From: an uncultured Pelagibacteraceae bacterium
Lineage (GTDB): Bacteria > Pseudomonadota > Alphaproteobacteria > Pelagibacterales > Pelagibacteraceae
Assembly (NCBI GenBank): GCA_902583785.1
Contig: CACHXE010000001.1
Location: 1,774 to 65,773, forward strand
Length of the DNA stretch: 64,000 nt
Reading direction: 5' to 3'
Shown one piece after another: positions 27,575 through 38,211 of the stretch. How positions within the stretch are numbered: position 1 is the stretch's first letter; the number at the start of each line of letters is the position of its first letter. The translations under genes were made by a program, and so were the position numbers. A model generated the notes under the pieces. The model was given only the letters and a program-made list of their open reading frames with translations, did no database searches and was not told the origin of the DNA.

Positions 27575-28222
27575 TTGAGTAAAATTATTATCGTAGATAC
27601 CGGTAGCAGCAATATTCTAAGTTTAAAAAGAGCTGTAGAAATTTTTGACAGTAATGTTGAGGTTACAACAAATTCAAAAAAAATTTTATCAGCAAATAAA
27701 ATCTTTTTTCCAGGCGTTGGTGCTTTTAAAAAAGTTATGGAAAACTTGGAAAAAAATAAACTGACCGAAACTTTACTTAAAACTAGAGAAAAAAAAATAC
27801 CACTTCTTGGCATCTGTCTTGGTCTACAATTATTTTTTGACACAAGCGAAGAATTTGGAATAAGTAAGGGATTGGGTTTAATCAGTGGAAGTGTAAAAAA
27901 ACTTCCTACAAATTCTCAGGGAAATGAGAAGCTTAAAATTCCAAATATGGGCTGGTTTAAACTTAATTTAGATAATAAATTTTTAAACAACACATTTTCT
28001 AAATTTGTGAAATCAATTAATGAAAATACTCCATATTATTTTGTCCACTCGTATTTTGTTGACCCGACTGAAAAGAAAAATATTGCTGCAACTTATAATT
28101 TTGGAGAACATAAAATCCCTGCTATAGTATCAAAGGATAACTTCATAGGGTGTCAGTTTCATCCTGAAAAGAGTGGAAAAAAAGGTCTAGAAATTATCTC
28201 AAATTTTTTAAAATTATCTTAA
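27575..28222 (+). CDS. hisH: HisH-family glutamine amidotransferase (imidazole glycerol phosphate synthase subunit or a paralog)
   Basis: 215 aa with a TTG start 10 nt after an AAGGAG Shine-Dalgarno sequence. Motifs are PGVGAF, GICLGLQ (catalytic Cys) and QFHPEKS. No other his genes are adjacent. Confidence 0.75.
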   Translation: MSKIIIVDTGSSNILSLKRAVEIFDSNVEVTTNSKKILSANKIFFPGVGAFKKVMENLEKNKLTETLLKTREKKIPLLGICLGLQLFFDTSEEFGISKGLGLISGSVKKLPTNSQGNEKLKIPNMGWFKLNLDNKFLNNTFSKFVKSINENTPYYFVHSYFVDPTEKKNIAATYNFGEHKIPAIVSKDNFIGCQFHPEKSGKKGLEIISNFLKLS

Positions 28223-29260
28223 TGACAAAAGCTCATCGATAATTTTTTCAGAATTATATATTTGTTTCCATTTAGGATAATGACTTTTAAACTTTTTCAT
28301 ATTTGAAATATACCAAATGTGATCACCAACTCTATTTTGTTTCTTCAGTTCTTTTTTAATTGAGATATTTGTTAGTTTATAAATAGTGTTTATTGCTTCT
28401 ATTATAGAACAATTAGATTTTCTTCCTCCACCCATATTATAAATCTCACCACTTGTAGGTTTTTTAAAAAATTGCCAAAAACAATTAACAACATCGTAAC
28501 TATGAATATTGTCTCGTACTTGTTTACCTTTGTAACCATAAATATAATATTTTTTTTTGTCTAAAGCAGTTTTTACCAAATATGATAAAAAACCATGAAG
28601 TCTCGCTCCAGAGTGATTAGGACCTGTTATACATCCTGCTCTAAAACAAACTGTTTTAATACCAATATTTTTTCCGTATTCTTGCACAGCAAGATCAGCA
28701 TAACTTTTTGAAGTTCCAAAAAAACTATGCACACAGTTATCAATAGACATATTTTCTGTAATTCCATTTTTAAATAAATGGTTATTTTTTATCTCCCATC
28801 TAGTCGATTTTTCTATCATTGGCAGGTTATTTGGATTGTCACCATAAACTTTGTTTGTAGACATGAAAATAAAAGGTGCATCATAACAATAGTTTTTTGT
28901 CGTTTCTAAAATATTTATAGTTCCCTTTGCATTCACATCAAAATCTTTAAATATATTACTCTTTGCCCAGTCGTGAGATGGTTGAGCAGCAGAATGGATA
29001 ACAAGTTTTATATTTTTTCTGTATCTTTTAAATATTTTTTTTAAACTATCTGAGTCAGAGATATCAACGTTATAATGCTTATAATTTTTTACATTTTTCT
29101 CCAATTTTTTTTTAACCCAGCTTATATCTCCATCTTTTCCAAAAAATAGCCTTCTAGAATTATTGTCTATTCCAATTATATCAAATCCTTTTTCTGAAAA
29201 AAAAGCAGAAGCCTCGGAGCCAACCAATCCACATGAGCCAGTTACTAATACAATTGACAT
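28214..29260 (-). CDS. SDR-family NAD-dependent sugar epimerase/dehydratase (CDP-paratose 2-epimerase-like)
   Basis: 348 aa with VTGSCGLVGS (Rossmann), IDNNSRR, STNKVYG and YxxxK (SKSYADLAVQEY). It overlaps the hisH end by 9 nt in convergent orientation. Confidence 0.7.
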   Translation of the reverse strand: MSIVLVTGSCGLVGSEASAFFSEKGFDIIGIDNNSRRLFFGKDGDISWVKKKLEKNVKNYKHYNVDISDSDSLKKIFKRYRKNIKLVIHSAAQPSHDWAKSNIFKDFDVNAKGTINILETTKNYCYDAPFIFMSTNKVYGDNPNNLPMIEKSTRWEIKNNHLFKNGITENMSIDNCVHSFFGTSKSYADLAVQEYGKNIGIKTVCFRAGCITGPNHSGARLHGFLSYLVKTALDKKKYYIYGYKGKQVRDNIHSYDVVNCFWQFFKKPTSGEIYNMGGGRKSNCSIIEAINTIYKLTNISIKKELKKQNRVGDHIWYISNMKKFKSHYPKWKQIYNSEKIIDELLSLR

Positions 29261-29383
29261 TGATTTAAATACTCTTTTTTGTTATTAAATATAAGCATGA
29301 AATTTTTGACTCACTTGTCCCTCCAAAAATCTGTAATACTATTTTTATTTTCTGTTTTAATCATCTTGTTAGTTTTAACAATT

Positions 29384-30154
29384 TTATTGTAAGTATACTA
29401 CTGTTAATAATATTGTTCCTAATATTAATCTATAAATTACAAATAAATTAAGATTAAACTTCCCTAGGTATATTAAAAAATATTTGATAGTAATATAAGA
29501 GAATATAAATGATAGGAAGGCTGTTAATATTGAACTTATGTTTAATATTTGATCATTTTGTTTTATCAAGTTAAAAAAACCATATAAACTCCAGGCCCCT
29601 AAAGAAGGAATAGACAGTAAAAAAGATATTTTTGCGGCATCAACTCTATCGAACTTTAAAAACCTGGCACCGGTAATTATTATACCAGATCTGCTCACAC
29701 CTGGTATTAAAGCTAATGTTTGGTAAAAACCAATTATTAACGCATTTTTAAATGTGAAATTATTTTTCATTTTAAGTTTAATCTTAAATTTATCTGAAAA
29801 ATACAACAAAATACCAAAAATAATAGTTGTCCACCCCATGATCTCCAAGGTCCTTAAACCTGAAATCACATTAAGCTCTATTAAAATATAACCAATTATA
29901 AAAATTGGCATTGACGCAATTATTGCTTTATAAAATAAATTTTTATTTTTTGTAAAATCATAAATTTCCTTATTAAAATAAAACAGAACAGCAACCAAAG
30001 ATCCAAAGTGTGCACTGACGTTAATTGCCATTTCAATCTTTTCATAATTAAAAATATTAGATAATAAATTAATGTGAGCCGAAGAACTAACTGGGATAAA
30101 TTCAGCTATACCTTGTATTATTGAGATTATTAGAATTTGAATAATATTTTCCAT
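29384..30154 (-). CDS. uppP: undecaprenyl-diphosphatase
   Basis: 256 aa, polytopic, with the BacA/UppP blocks GIAEFIPVSSSAH and PGVSRSG. Confidence 0.85.
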   Translation of the reverse strand: MENIIQILIISIIQGIAEFIPVSSSAHINLLSNIFNYEKIEMAINVSAHFGSLVAVLFYFNKEIYDFTKNKNLFYKAIIASMPIFIIGYILIELNVISGLRTLEIMGWTTIIFGILLYFSDKFKIKLKMKNNFTFKNALIIGFYQTLALIPGVSRSGIIITGARFLKFDRVDAAKISFLLSIPSLGAWSLYGFFNLIKQNDQILNISSILTAFLSFIFSYITIKYFLIYLGKFNLNLFVIYRLILGTILLTVVYLQ

Positions 30155-30322
30155 GCAGTAACAGCTGATTTATATTTAATTCAACCAATGAGTTCATCTT
30201 AAAAATTGCATATCTGTTATGCGACGAAATACATACTAAATATAAGGGTTTTTAATAAAATAAGTAAACAATAGTGACCTAATTTTACTTTAAATTATCA
30301 TTAATTTAAATATGTTCTGCCC

Positions 30323-31762
30323 ATGTCAGAAAAAATGTTAAAATTTGTAAATTTAGATCAACAAACTCCACCTAAAAGATCCGTTGATCAAAGAAAAACA
30401 GATTTTAAGGAAATTTACGACGAGTATATAAACAGAAAAGCTTTAGAACAATCTAGTAGATGTTCACAGTGCGGAGTACCTTTCTGCCAAGTTCATTGTC
30501 CATTACATAACAACATACCAGATTGGTTAAAATTAACTGCAGAGGGAAGATTGCAGGATGCATATGAACTTTCTCAAAGCACGAATAACATGCCCGAAGT
30601 TTGCGGGAGAATATGTCCTCAAGATAGACTTTGCGAAGGCAATTGTGTAATCGAAAAATCAGGTCATGGAACTGTTACAATTGGTTCAGTTGAAAAATAT
30701 ATTACTGATACCGCATGGGAAAAAGGATGGGTTAAGCCCATAAAAGTTGAAAAGCAAAAAAAACAGTCCGTCGGAATTATTGGTGCGGGTCCTGCCGGAT
30801 TGGCTTGCGCAGAAGAACTAAGAAAACTTGGTTATCAAATAACAGTTTATGACCGATACGATCGTCCGGGTGGTTTATTAATCTATGGTATACCTAATTT
30901 TAAATTAGAAAAATTTGTTGTTGAAAGAAGAACTAAACTCTTAAAAGAATCAGGAATAAAATTTAAACAGAATTTCGAAGTTGGAAAAGATGCAACTCTT
31001 GAACAATTAAAGGAAAAGCACGATGCAGTATTAATTGCTACTGGTGTTTATAAACCAAGAAACGTGGATATCGAGGGGAGCAATTTAGGAAATATTTTTC
31101 CTGCAATGGAATTTTTAACAGCATCAAATAAAAAAGGTTTGGGAGACAAAGTAAAATTATTTGATGACGGTACACTTAATGCGGAAAATAAAAAAGTTAT
31201 AGTAGTTGGAGGTGGCGATACCGCAATGGATTGTGTCAGAACAGCGGTAAGACAGAACGCAAAATCAGTTAAATGTTTGTACAGAAGAGATCGAGAAAAT
31301 ATGCCTGGATCAGCTAGAGAAGTGGGCAATGCTATCGAAGAAGGAGTAGAATTTTTATGGTTATCTAGTCCAAAAAAATTCATTGGACAAAAAAATGTTA
31401 AAGCTGTTGAAGTTCAGAAAATGAAATTAGGGGATCCAGACTCATCAGGGAGAAAAAAACCAGTCATTATTGAAAACTCAAATTATGAGTTAGAAGCTGA
31501 CATTATTATAAAAGCTTTGGGTTTTGATCCTGAAAATTTACCAAAATTATTTAATTCGGAAAATTTATCTGTATCCAAATGGGGTACAATAAAAATTGAT
31601 TTAACCTCAATGCAGACCAATATACCAGGAATATTTGCTGCAGGAGATATTGTAAGAGGCGCATCTTTAGTTGTTTGGGCCATAAGGGATGGTAGAGATG
31701 CAGCAACTCAAATCGAAAAATATTTAAAATCAATTGAATTGAGAAAAGGTGTGGCAGCTTGA
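30323..31762 (+). CDS. gltD: glutamate synthase (NADPH) small subunit
   Basis: 479 aa with N-terminal Fe-S cysteines (CSQCGVPFC, CPL.NNIPDW) and the dinucleotide folds GAGPAGLACA and VVGGGDTAMDC. Confidence 0.9.
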   Translation: MSEKMLKFVNLDQQTPPKRSVDQRKTDFKEIYDEYINRKALEQSSRCSQCGVPFCQVHCPLHNNIPDWLKLTAEGRLQDAYELSQSTNNMPEVCGRICPQDRLCEGNCVIEKSGHGTVTIGSVEKYITDTAWEKGWVKPIKVEKQKKQSVGIIGAGPAGLACAEELRKLGYQITVYDRYDRPGGLLIYGIPNFKLEKFVVERRTKLLKESGIKFKQNFEVGKDATLEQLKEKHDAVLIATGVYKPRNVDIEGSNLGNIFPAMEFLTASNKKGLGDKVKLFDDGTLNAENKKVIVVGGGDTAMDCVRTAVRQNAKSVKCLYRRDRENMPGSAREVGNAIEEGVEFLWLSSPKKFIGQKNVKAVEVQKMKLGDPDSSGRKKPVIIENSNYELEADIIIKALGFDPENLPKLFNSENLSVSKWGTIKIDLTSMQTNIPGIFAAGDIVRGASLVVWAIRDGRDAATQIEKYLKSIELRKGVAA

Positions 31763-34700
31763 AATTATATAAAGAAAATAAAAAACTCTTAGAAGAAAAT
31801 CACTCTTATGATCCCTCATTTGAGCATGATGCTTGTGGTGTGGGTCTTATAACCTCGCTTGATGCTAAAAAAAAGAGAGAGGTGGTTGAATATGGAATTC
31901 AGTCTCTTAAAGCAGTCTGGCACAGAGGTGCGGTAGACGCCGATGGCAAATCGGGCGATGGAGCGGGTATTTGTATTGAAATACCAAAAGAATTCTTTTT
32001 AGAAAAAATAAAAGATACAGGTCATATCCATAAAGGTGAAAATCAAATATGTGTTGGTATGATTTTTTTACCAAGAACTGAATATTCAGAACAAGAAAAA
32101 TCAAAAACAATTATTGAGCAAGTTTTAATCGAAAACGATTTTTATATCTATGGCTGGAGACAAGTCCCAGTAAATCCAGCTGTTCTTGGCCAAACAGCAG
32201 ACTCAAATAGACCTGAAATTACACAGGTAATTTTTAAAAGCAACAAACTGGTGGAAAGAGATGATCTTGAGAGATTACTTTACGAGTCTAGAAAAAAAAT
32301 ATTAAAAATTACAAGAGGCCAACAGATTAATGATCTCTATATTTGCTCATTGAGCTCTCGTTCTATTATTTATAAAGGAATGTTTTTAGCAGAAGCCTTA
32401 TCTGATTTTTACCCAGATCTTAACGATAAAAGATTTATTTCTAGATACGCTATTTTTCACCAAAGATTTTCAACAAATACTTTTCCTAGTTGGAAATTAG
32501 CACAACCATTTAGATGTTTGGCACATAATGGGGAAATCAATACCCTTAAAGGAAATGTAAATTGGATGAAAATTCATGAACAAGACATGTCTAGTAAATT
32601 ATTTAAGAATGTGGAAGATCTAAAACCGGTTATTACTCCTGGAAACTCTGATTCAGCTGCACTAGATAATGTTTTTGAATTATTAATACATTCTGGAAAA
32701 ACAGTTCCACTAATTAAACTTATGATGATGCCAGACGCATGGTCAAAAAGAAATAAAATTTTACCAAAATCTCATCAACAACTTTTTGATGTTCTTAACA
32801 GTACAATTGAGCCCTGGGACGGTCCCGCTGCAATCTGTGCTTCAGATAGTAAATGGGCTATTGCCGCAACAGACAGAAATGGATTAAGACCACTAAGATA
32901 TTCAATTACTACTGATAAGATATTCTGTGCAGGATCAGAAACAGGAATGGTAGAAATTCCTGAAAAAAAAATAATAGAGAAAGGAAGACTAGGTCCAGGC
33001 CAATTAATTGCTGTTAATTTAAAGAAAGGTAAGATTTACAAAGATAAAGAAATTAAAGATTATTTATCAAAAGATTATAAACAATTTAATAAACAAATAA
33101 TTCATTTAGATAAAAAAATAACAACAGAAAAAGAGTTTGCCAATTTTTCAGAGGAAGATTTGCGAAGAAGACAATATCTTTCGGGATACAGTATTGAAGA
33201 TTTAGAATTAATACTGCATCCAATGGTCGAAGATGCCAAAGAAGCAACAGGATCAATGGGTGATGATACACCTGTGGCCGTTCTATCAAATCATTACCGA
33301 CCGATTTCACATTATTTTAGACAAAACTTTAGTCAAGTTACAAATCCACCAATCGACTCATTGAGAGAGAATAATGTGATGAGTTTGAAAACAAGGTTTG
33401 GAAATCTGGGAAACATCTTAGACTTTGAAAATTTAACAAAAGAAAATATATATGTTCTTGACAGCCCAATACTTAGCAATTCGCAGTTAAAAAAATTTAA
33501 ATCAATATTTTCTGAAAAAGTAAGAGTTATAGATTGTACTTTTAATGTAAATGAAAGTTTAAAAGAAAGAATTGAAAAAATTAGAGTTGAAGCGGAAGTG
33601 GCAGTTAGAGAAGGTGCAAATCACTTAATTCTCTCTGATAGAAATATTTCAGATCAAAGAGCTGTTGTGCCAATGATATTAGCAGTTGGTGCGGTGCATT
33701 CAAATTTAGTAAAATTATGTATCAGAGGTTACGCCTCTATCAATATTGAAACTTCTGAAGCAATGGACACTCATTCTTTCGCAGTCCTTATTGGAGTTGG
33801 CGCGACTACAATTAACCCTTACTTAGCAATTGATAGTATTCGCCAGAGATTTGATAAAAAATTATTTGGTAAATTAGATTTTGAGTCCTGTGTGCTTAGA
33901 TTTAAAAGATCTATAAATGCCGGACTACTAAAAATAATGTCTAAAATGGGAATATCTGTATTAAGTTCTTATAGAGGTGGATGCAATTTTGAAGCTGTTG
34001 GTTTAAGTAGAGGATTAGTTGCAGACTACTTTCCTGGCATGGTATCTAGAATATCAGGTATCGGAGTTTCAGGAATTGAGAAAAAAATAAAAGAATTACA
34101 TTCCAAAGCTCATCAGAAAAATGTCGTAGTACTGCCAATTGGCGGACTTTATAAATACAGAAAAACTGGTGAGGATCATCAATTTCAAGGAAATCTTATT
34201 CATTTACTTCAACATTCTGTTGGCAAAAATTCATATGATCTCTTTAAAAAGTATACTGATGGAATCCATAAACTTAACCCAACAAATTTAAGAGATCTTT
34301 TGGAATTTAGAACTTCAAACAAGTCTATAAATATTGAGGAAGTAGAGCCCATTGAAAAGATCACCCCAAGGTTTGGAAGCGGAAGTATGTCCCACGGCGC
34401 TCTTTCATCAGAGGCACATGAAACTTTAGCAATAGGAATGAATAGAATTAAAGGTGCATCTTGCAGCGGCGAAGGTGGTGAGGATGAAAAAAGATTTAAA
34501 GTTTTAGAAAACGGAGATTCTGCAAATTCTAAAGTAAAACAAGTGGCATCAGCAAGATTTGGAGTTACTGTTAAATACTTAAACAATTGTAAAGAGATCG
34601 AAATAAAAATTGCACAAGGCGCAAAACCTGGAGAGGGTGGACAGTTACCTGGGTTCAAAGTCACAAAAGAAATTGCAAGATTACGTCATTCTACTCCCGG

Positions 34701-36258
34701 TGTAACTTTGATTTCTCCTCCGCCTCATCATGATATCTATTCTATAGAAGATTTAGCTCAATTAATTTACGATTTAAAACAAGTAAATCCAAAAGCTAGG
34801 GTTGGAGTAAAATTAGTTGCTTCAACTGGTATAGGAACCATTGCAGCTGGAGTTGCTAAAGCTAAGGCGGATATAATTTTAATCTCTGGACATTCTGGCG
34901 GAACAGGTGCAAGCCCTCAAACGAGTGTAAAATATGCTGGCGTTCCATGGGAAATGGGATTAACAGAGGCAAATCAAATTCTTACTCTTAATCAACTTCG
35001 ACACAAGGTAACCTTAAGAACTGATGGTGGAATAAAAACTGGTAGAGATGTTGTAATGGCAGCTATGATGGGTGCAGAAGAATTTGGTATGGGTACATCA
35101 TCGCTTATCGCAATGGGATGCATAATGGTTAGACAATGTCATTCAAATACATGTCCTGTTGGTGTTTGTTCACAAGATGAAAAACTTAGAGAGAAGTTTA
35201 CAGGAACACCAGAAAAAGTTGTCAATTTTTTTACTTTTGTAGCTATGGAAGTAAGAGAAATTTTAGCTTCTTTAGGATTTAGGTCTTTAAAAGATGTTAT
35301 TGGAAGAACAGATTTACTTCATCAGGTCAGTAGAGGCTCACCTAATCTCGATGATTTAGATTTAAATCCTTTGTTATTAAAAACTGACCCAGGAGACAAC
35401 GCAAGATATTCAGAGAGCGATTTAATAAACCATGTGCCTGATAACAATATTGATGAAAAAGCATGGAGCCAAGTTAAGGATGAACTTAAACCAAACAAAA
35501 AAATGAGGTTGAATGCAGTTGTAAAGAATACAGATAGAGCAATTGGAACAAAATTATCCCATTACATTTTTAAAAAGTTTGGAGAAAATTTTACAAGTGA
35601 GGCATTAAATATTTCTTTAGAAGGTTCCGCAGGCCAATCCTTAGGAGCTTTTTTATGCAAAAGTATTAAAATTAAGTTGTTTGGTGATGCAAACGATTAT
35701 GTAGCAAAAGGATTATCTGGTGGAAAAATTGTAGTAGTGCCCTCAAAAGAAAATAATTTTAAATCAAATGAAAATACAATTATTGGTAATACAGTTTTGT
35801 ATGGAGCGACGTCAGGAAAATTATTTGCAGCAGGTAAAGCTGGGGAAAGATTTGCAGTAAGAAATTCAGGTGCTATTTCAGTAATTGAGGGCTGTGATGC
35901 AAATGGTTGCGAGTATATGACTGGAGGTGAAGTTTATATCTTAGGCAAAGTAGGAGACAACTTTGCTGCTGGAATGACAGGAGGAATGGCATTTGTCTAT
36001 GACCCAGAAAATATTTTTGAGAACTATGTAAATTCCGCAAGTGTTGTTTGCCAGAAACCAGAGACAAAATATTGGAAAGAAAGGCTGAAAGTTGTTTTAG
36101 AAGAATATAATTTAGAAACTCAATCTGAAATATCCAAACAAATTTTACAAAACTTTTCTGACGAAGTTGCAAATTTTAAACAAGTTTGTCCAATAGAAAT
36201 GTTGAATAAACTGCAAAATCCAATTACTCTAAAGAAAAATATTTTAGAGACCGGATAA
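31759..36258 (+). CDS. gltB: glutamate synthase large subunit
   Basis: 1499 aa. The Ntn amidotransferase Cys sits in HDACGVGLI, and FMN/3Fe-4S and GXGXG domains are present. No in-frame ATG precedes the catalytic Cys, so the start is the TTG at 31759, which overlaps the gltD stop (TTGA). Confidence 0.92.
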   Translation: MKLYKENKKLLEENHSYDPSFEHDACGVGLITSLDAKKKREVVEYGIQSLKAVWHRGAVDADGKSGDGAGICIEIPKEFFLEKIKDTGHIHKGENQICVGMIFLPRTEYSEQEKSKTIIEQVLIENDFYIYGWRQVPVNPAVLGQTADSNRPEITQVIFKSNKLVERDDLERLLYESRKKILKITRGQQINDLYICSLSSRSIIYKGMFLAEALSDFYPDLNDKRFISRYAIFHQRFSTNTFPSWKLAQPFRCLAHNGEINTLKGNVNWMKIHEQDMSSKLFKNVEDLKPVITPGNSDSAALDNVFELLIHSGKTVPLIKLMMMPDAWSKRNKILPKSHQQLFDVLNSTIEPWDGPAAICASDSKWAIAATDRNGLRPLRYSITTDKIFCAGSETGMVEIPEKKIIEKGRLGPGQLIAVNLKKGKIYKDKEIKDYLSKDYKQFNKQIIHLDKKITTEKEFANFSEEDLRRRQYLSGYSIEDLELILHPMVEDAKEATGSMGDDTPVAVLSNHYRPISHYFRQNFSQVTNPPIDSLRENNVMSLKTRFGNLGNILDFENLTKENIYVLDSPILSNSQLKKFKSIFSEKVRVIDCTFNVNESLKERIEKIRVEAEVAVREGANHLILSDRNISDQRAVVPMILAVGAVHSNLVKLCIRGYASINIETSEAMDTHSFAVLIGVGATTINPYLAIDSIRQRFDKKLFGKLDFESCVLRFKRSINAGLLKIMSKMGISVLSSYRGGCNFEAVGLSRGLVADYFPGMVSRISGIGVSGIEKKIKELHSKAHQKNVVVLPIGGLYKYRKTGEDHQFQGNLIHLLQHSVGKNSYDLFKKYTDGIHKLNPTNLRDLLEFRTSNKSINIEEVEPIEKITPRFGSGSMSHGALSSEAHETLAIGMNRIKGASCSGEGGEDEKRFKVLENGDSANSKVKQVASARFGVTVKYLNNCKEIEIKIAQGAKPGEGGQLPGFKVTKEIARLRHSTPGVTLISPPPHHDIYSIEDLAQLIYDLKQVNPKARVGVKLVASTGIGTIAAGVAKAKADIILISGHSGGTGASPQTSVKYAGVPWEMGLTEANQILTLNQLRHKVTLRTDGGIKTGRDVVMAAMMGAEEFGMGTSSLIAMGCIMVRQCHSNTCPVGVCSQDEKLREKFTGTPEKVVNFFTFVAMEVREILASLGFRSLKDVIGRTDLLHQVSRGSPNLDDLDLNPLLLKTDPGDNARYSESDLINHVPDNNIDEKAWSQVKDELKPNKKMRLNAVVKNTDRAIGTKLSHYIFKKFGENFTSEALNISLEGSAGQSLGAFLCKSIKIKLFGDANDYVAKGLSGGKIVVVPSKENNFKSNENTIIGNTVLYGATSGKLFAAGKAGERFAVRNSGAISVIEGCDANGCEYMTGGEVYILGKVGDNFAAGMTGGMAFVYDPENIFENYVNSASVVCQKPETKYWKERLKVVLEEYNLETQSEISKQILQNFSDEVANFKQVCPIEMLNKLQNPITLKKNILETG

Positions 36259-36264
36259 CAATAA

Positions 36265-37263
36265 ATGAAAATACTGATTACGGGTGGTTGTGGGTTTATA
36301 GGCTCAAGCCTTGCTATTTTTTTAAAAGAAAAAATTAAAACAGCACAAATTACTAGTATTGATAATTTATCTAGAAAAGGTTCAATTTTAAATAAAAATA
36401 GAATAGCGGAAGTAAAAATTCCTAACTTTAAAATTGATATTTCTAAGTTCAGTAGTATAAAAAAACTAAAAAAATTTGATTTAGTAATACATTGTGCTGC
36501 AGAACCTGCCATAGAGGCATCTAGAAAAAAAATAGAAGAGGTATTAAACTCTAATTTATTAGGGACTTTTAATATTTTAAAGAAATGTGCTAAAGATAAA
36601 TCAAATATTATCTATTTATCTAGCTCTAGAGTTTACTCGATTGAAAACTTACGTAAACTAAAAAAAAAGGGTACAGTTAAGGAAAGCTTTAATGTTGAAA
36701 ATTCAAAATCTATTTATGGTTTTACAAAACTCAGCTCAGAGTTACTTATAAAAGAGTACTCATATCTTCATAAAATAAATTATATAATAAATAGAGTGGC
36801 TTTAGTCTCTGGTCCGTGGCAATTTGGAAAAGAGGAACAAGGTTTTGTAAGCCTCTGGGTATGGAGACATTTGAAAAGATTAAAACTTAGCTATATTGGT
36901 TTTGGAGGAACTGGAAGACAAGTTAGAGATGTTCTGCATGTAATAGATTTATGTGAATTAATTTTTATACAAATTAAAAAATTAAAAAAAATTAATAATA
37001 AACTTTTTAATGTAGGGGGTGGCAAAAAGAATTCCCTAAATCTTCTTGAACTTACAAAGCTTTCAAGAAATATAACAAAAAATATGATTAAAATATCCTC
37101 AATTAAAAAAACCTCTTCTTATGATATTCCCTATTATGTCTCAAATTTGAGCTATGTAAAAAAAATCTACAAGTGGAAGCCAAAAAGAAATTTAAAAAAA
37201 ATTATATTCGATTTATATTCTTGGATGAAACCTAATTCGTATTTGTTAAAAAAATATTTTTAG
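36265..37263 (+). CDS. SDR-family NAD-dependent sugar epimerase (CDP-paratose/tyvelose 2-epimerase-like)
   Basis: 332 aa with ITGGCGFIGSS, IDNLSRKGS, SSSRVYS, YGFTKLSSE and GTGRQVRDVLHV, collinear with RfbE-type epimerases as I remember them. Confidence 0.7.
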   Translation: MKILITGGCGFIGSSLAIFLKEKIKTAQITSIDNLSRKGSILNKNRIAEVKIPNFKIDISKFSSIKKLKKFDLVIHCAAEPAIEASRKKIEEVLNSNLLGTFNILKKCAKDKSNIIYLSSSRVYSIENLRKLKKKGTVKESFNVENSKSIYGFTKLSSELLIKEYSYLHKINYIINRVALVSGPWQFGKEEQGFVSLWVWRHLKRLKLSYIGFGGTGRQVRDVLHVIDLCELIFIQIKKLKKINNKLFNVGGGKKNSLNLLELTKLSRNITKNMIKISSIKKTSSYDIPYYVSNLSYVKKIYKWKPKRNLKKIIFDLYSWMKPNSYLLKKYF

Positions 37264-38093
37264 TATTTTAGAAAGTCCAAATCTTTTTGAAATAACTCAT
37301 TAATTTTATTATGGTAACTTTCAGGGATTACATTCTTCCATTTATTGCTGGATCCCAAATTGAAAAAATTAATGTTTTTTTTTGATTTTTTTGAATAAAT
37401 AGCCTCATCAAACCCAATTTCTTTTTCCATTTTTTTTAGTTTATCAAAACTAGTTGTTTCTAAACATTTTTTTATTTTTGATTTGTCCACAGAGGATTCA
37501 GAATTTGATAAATTGTTTATAAAGTTAATTATTTTTTCGAATGTTTCGTAGGTTTTACTTTCAAGATCCTCATACTTAACAAAAATTAATTTAAATGATT
37601 TATCATTTAACCAAGATTTATAATGCTGAGACCAAGAACTCAAAAAATGAAAATCTGCATAATCTTTTTCTCTTTGATCATGAATAAATTTTCTCTCGTT
37701 TAACATAAATTCAAGAGCATCATCATAACTTAGATCAAAATGATTTTTAAGAGAGGTTATAATATTTCTAGGATCTCTAATTATATAAACAGCCCCTAAA
37801 GTAAATTTTTTATCTGTAAAATTAAATCCGTTAATAGAATGTAAAGAATTATGTGTTTTGAATATTTTGATTTTTTTTTGATTTAATATGATTTGTTGAG
37901 ATGATGACCAATATTTACTTACGTCTCCTGGTTTTTTGATTTCTTTTTTTAAAAATTTTTTTTGTGGATACTGTTCTATATTTTTTAGCAAACTGAAATC
38001 AAATTCCCCTTTCTCTGAATAATAATAAGAGGAAAGAAAAGACCTTACCCATGTGTTCCCGCTCTTGGGATATGATGCCAACCAAATAATCAA
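37260..38093 (-). CDS. PAPS-type sulfotransferase-domain protein
   Basis: 277 aa with the 5'-PSB loop YPKSGNTWVR near the N-terminus and a 3'-PB-like block IIRDPRNIITS. Confidence 0.75.
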   Translation of the reverse strand: MIIWLASYPKSGNTWVRSFLSSYYYSEKGEFDFSLLKNIEQYPQKKFLKKEIKKPGDVSKYWSSSQQIILNQKKIKIFKTHNSLHSINGFNFTDKKFTLGAVYIIRDPRNIITSLKNHFDLSYDDALEFMLNERKFIHDQREKDYADFHFLSSWSQHYKSWLNDKSFKLIFVKYEDLESKTYETFEKIINFINNLSNSESSVDKSKIKKCLETTSFDKLKKMEKEIGFDEAIYSKKSKKNINFFNLGSSNKWKNVIPESYHNKINELFQKDLDFLKY

Positions 38094-38211
38094 GATTACT
38101 CCTGATTAACTTATAAGTAATTTCTAAATAATAAGTACTGAGGCTAAACGCATATCACTTATGTTATCTAAATAAAGATTTATTTTATAAGATTAATTTT
38201 CTGACAAATTG

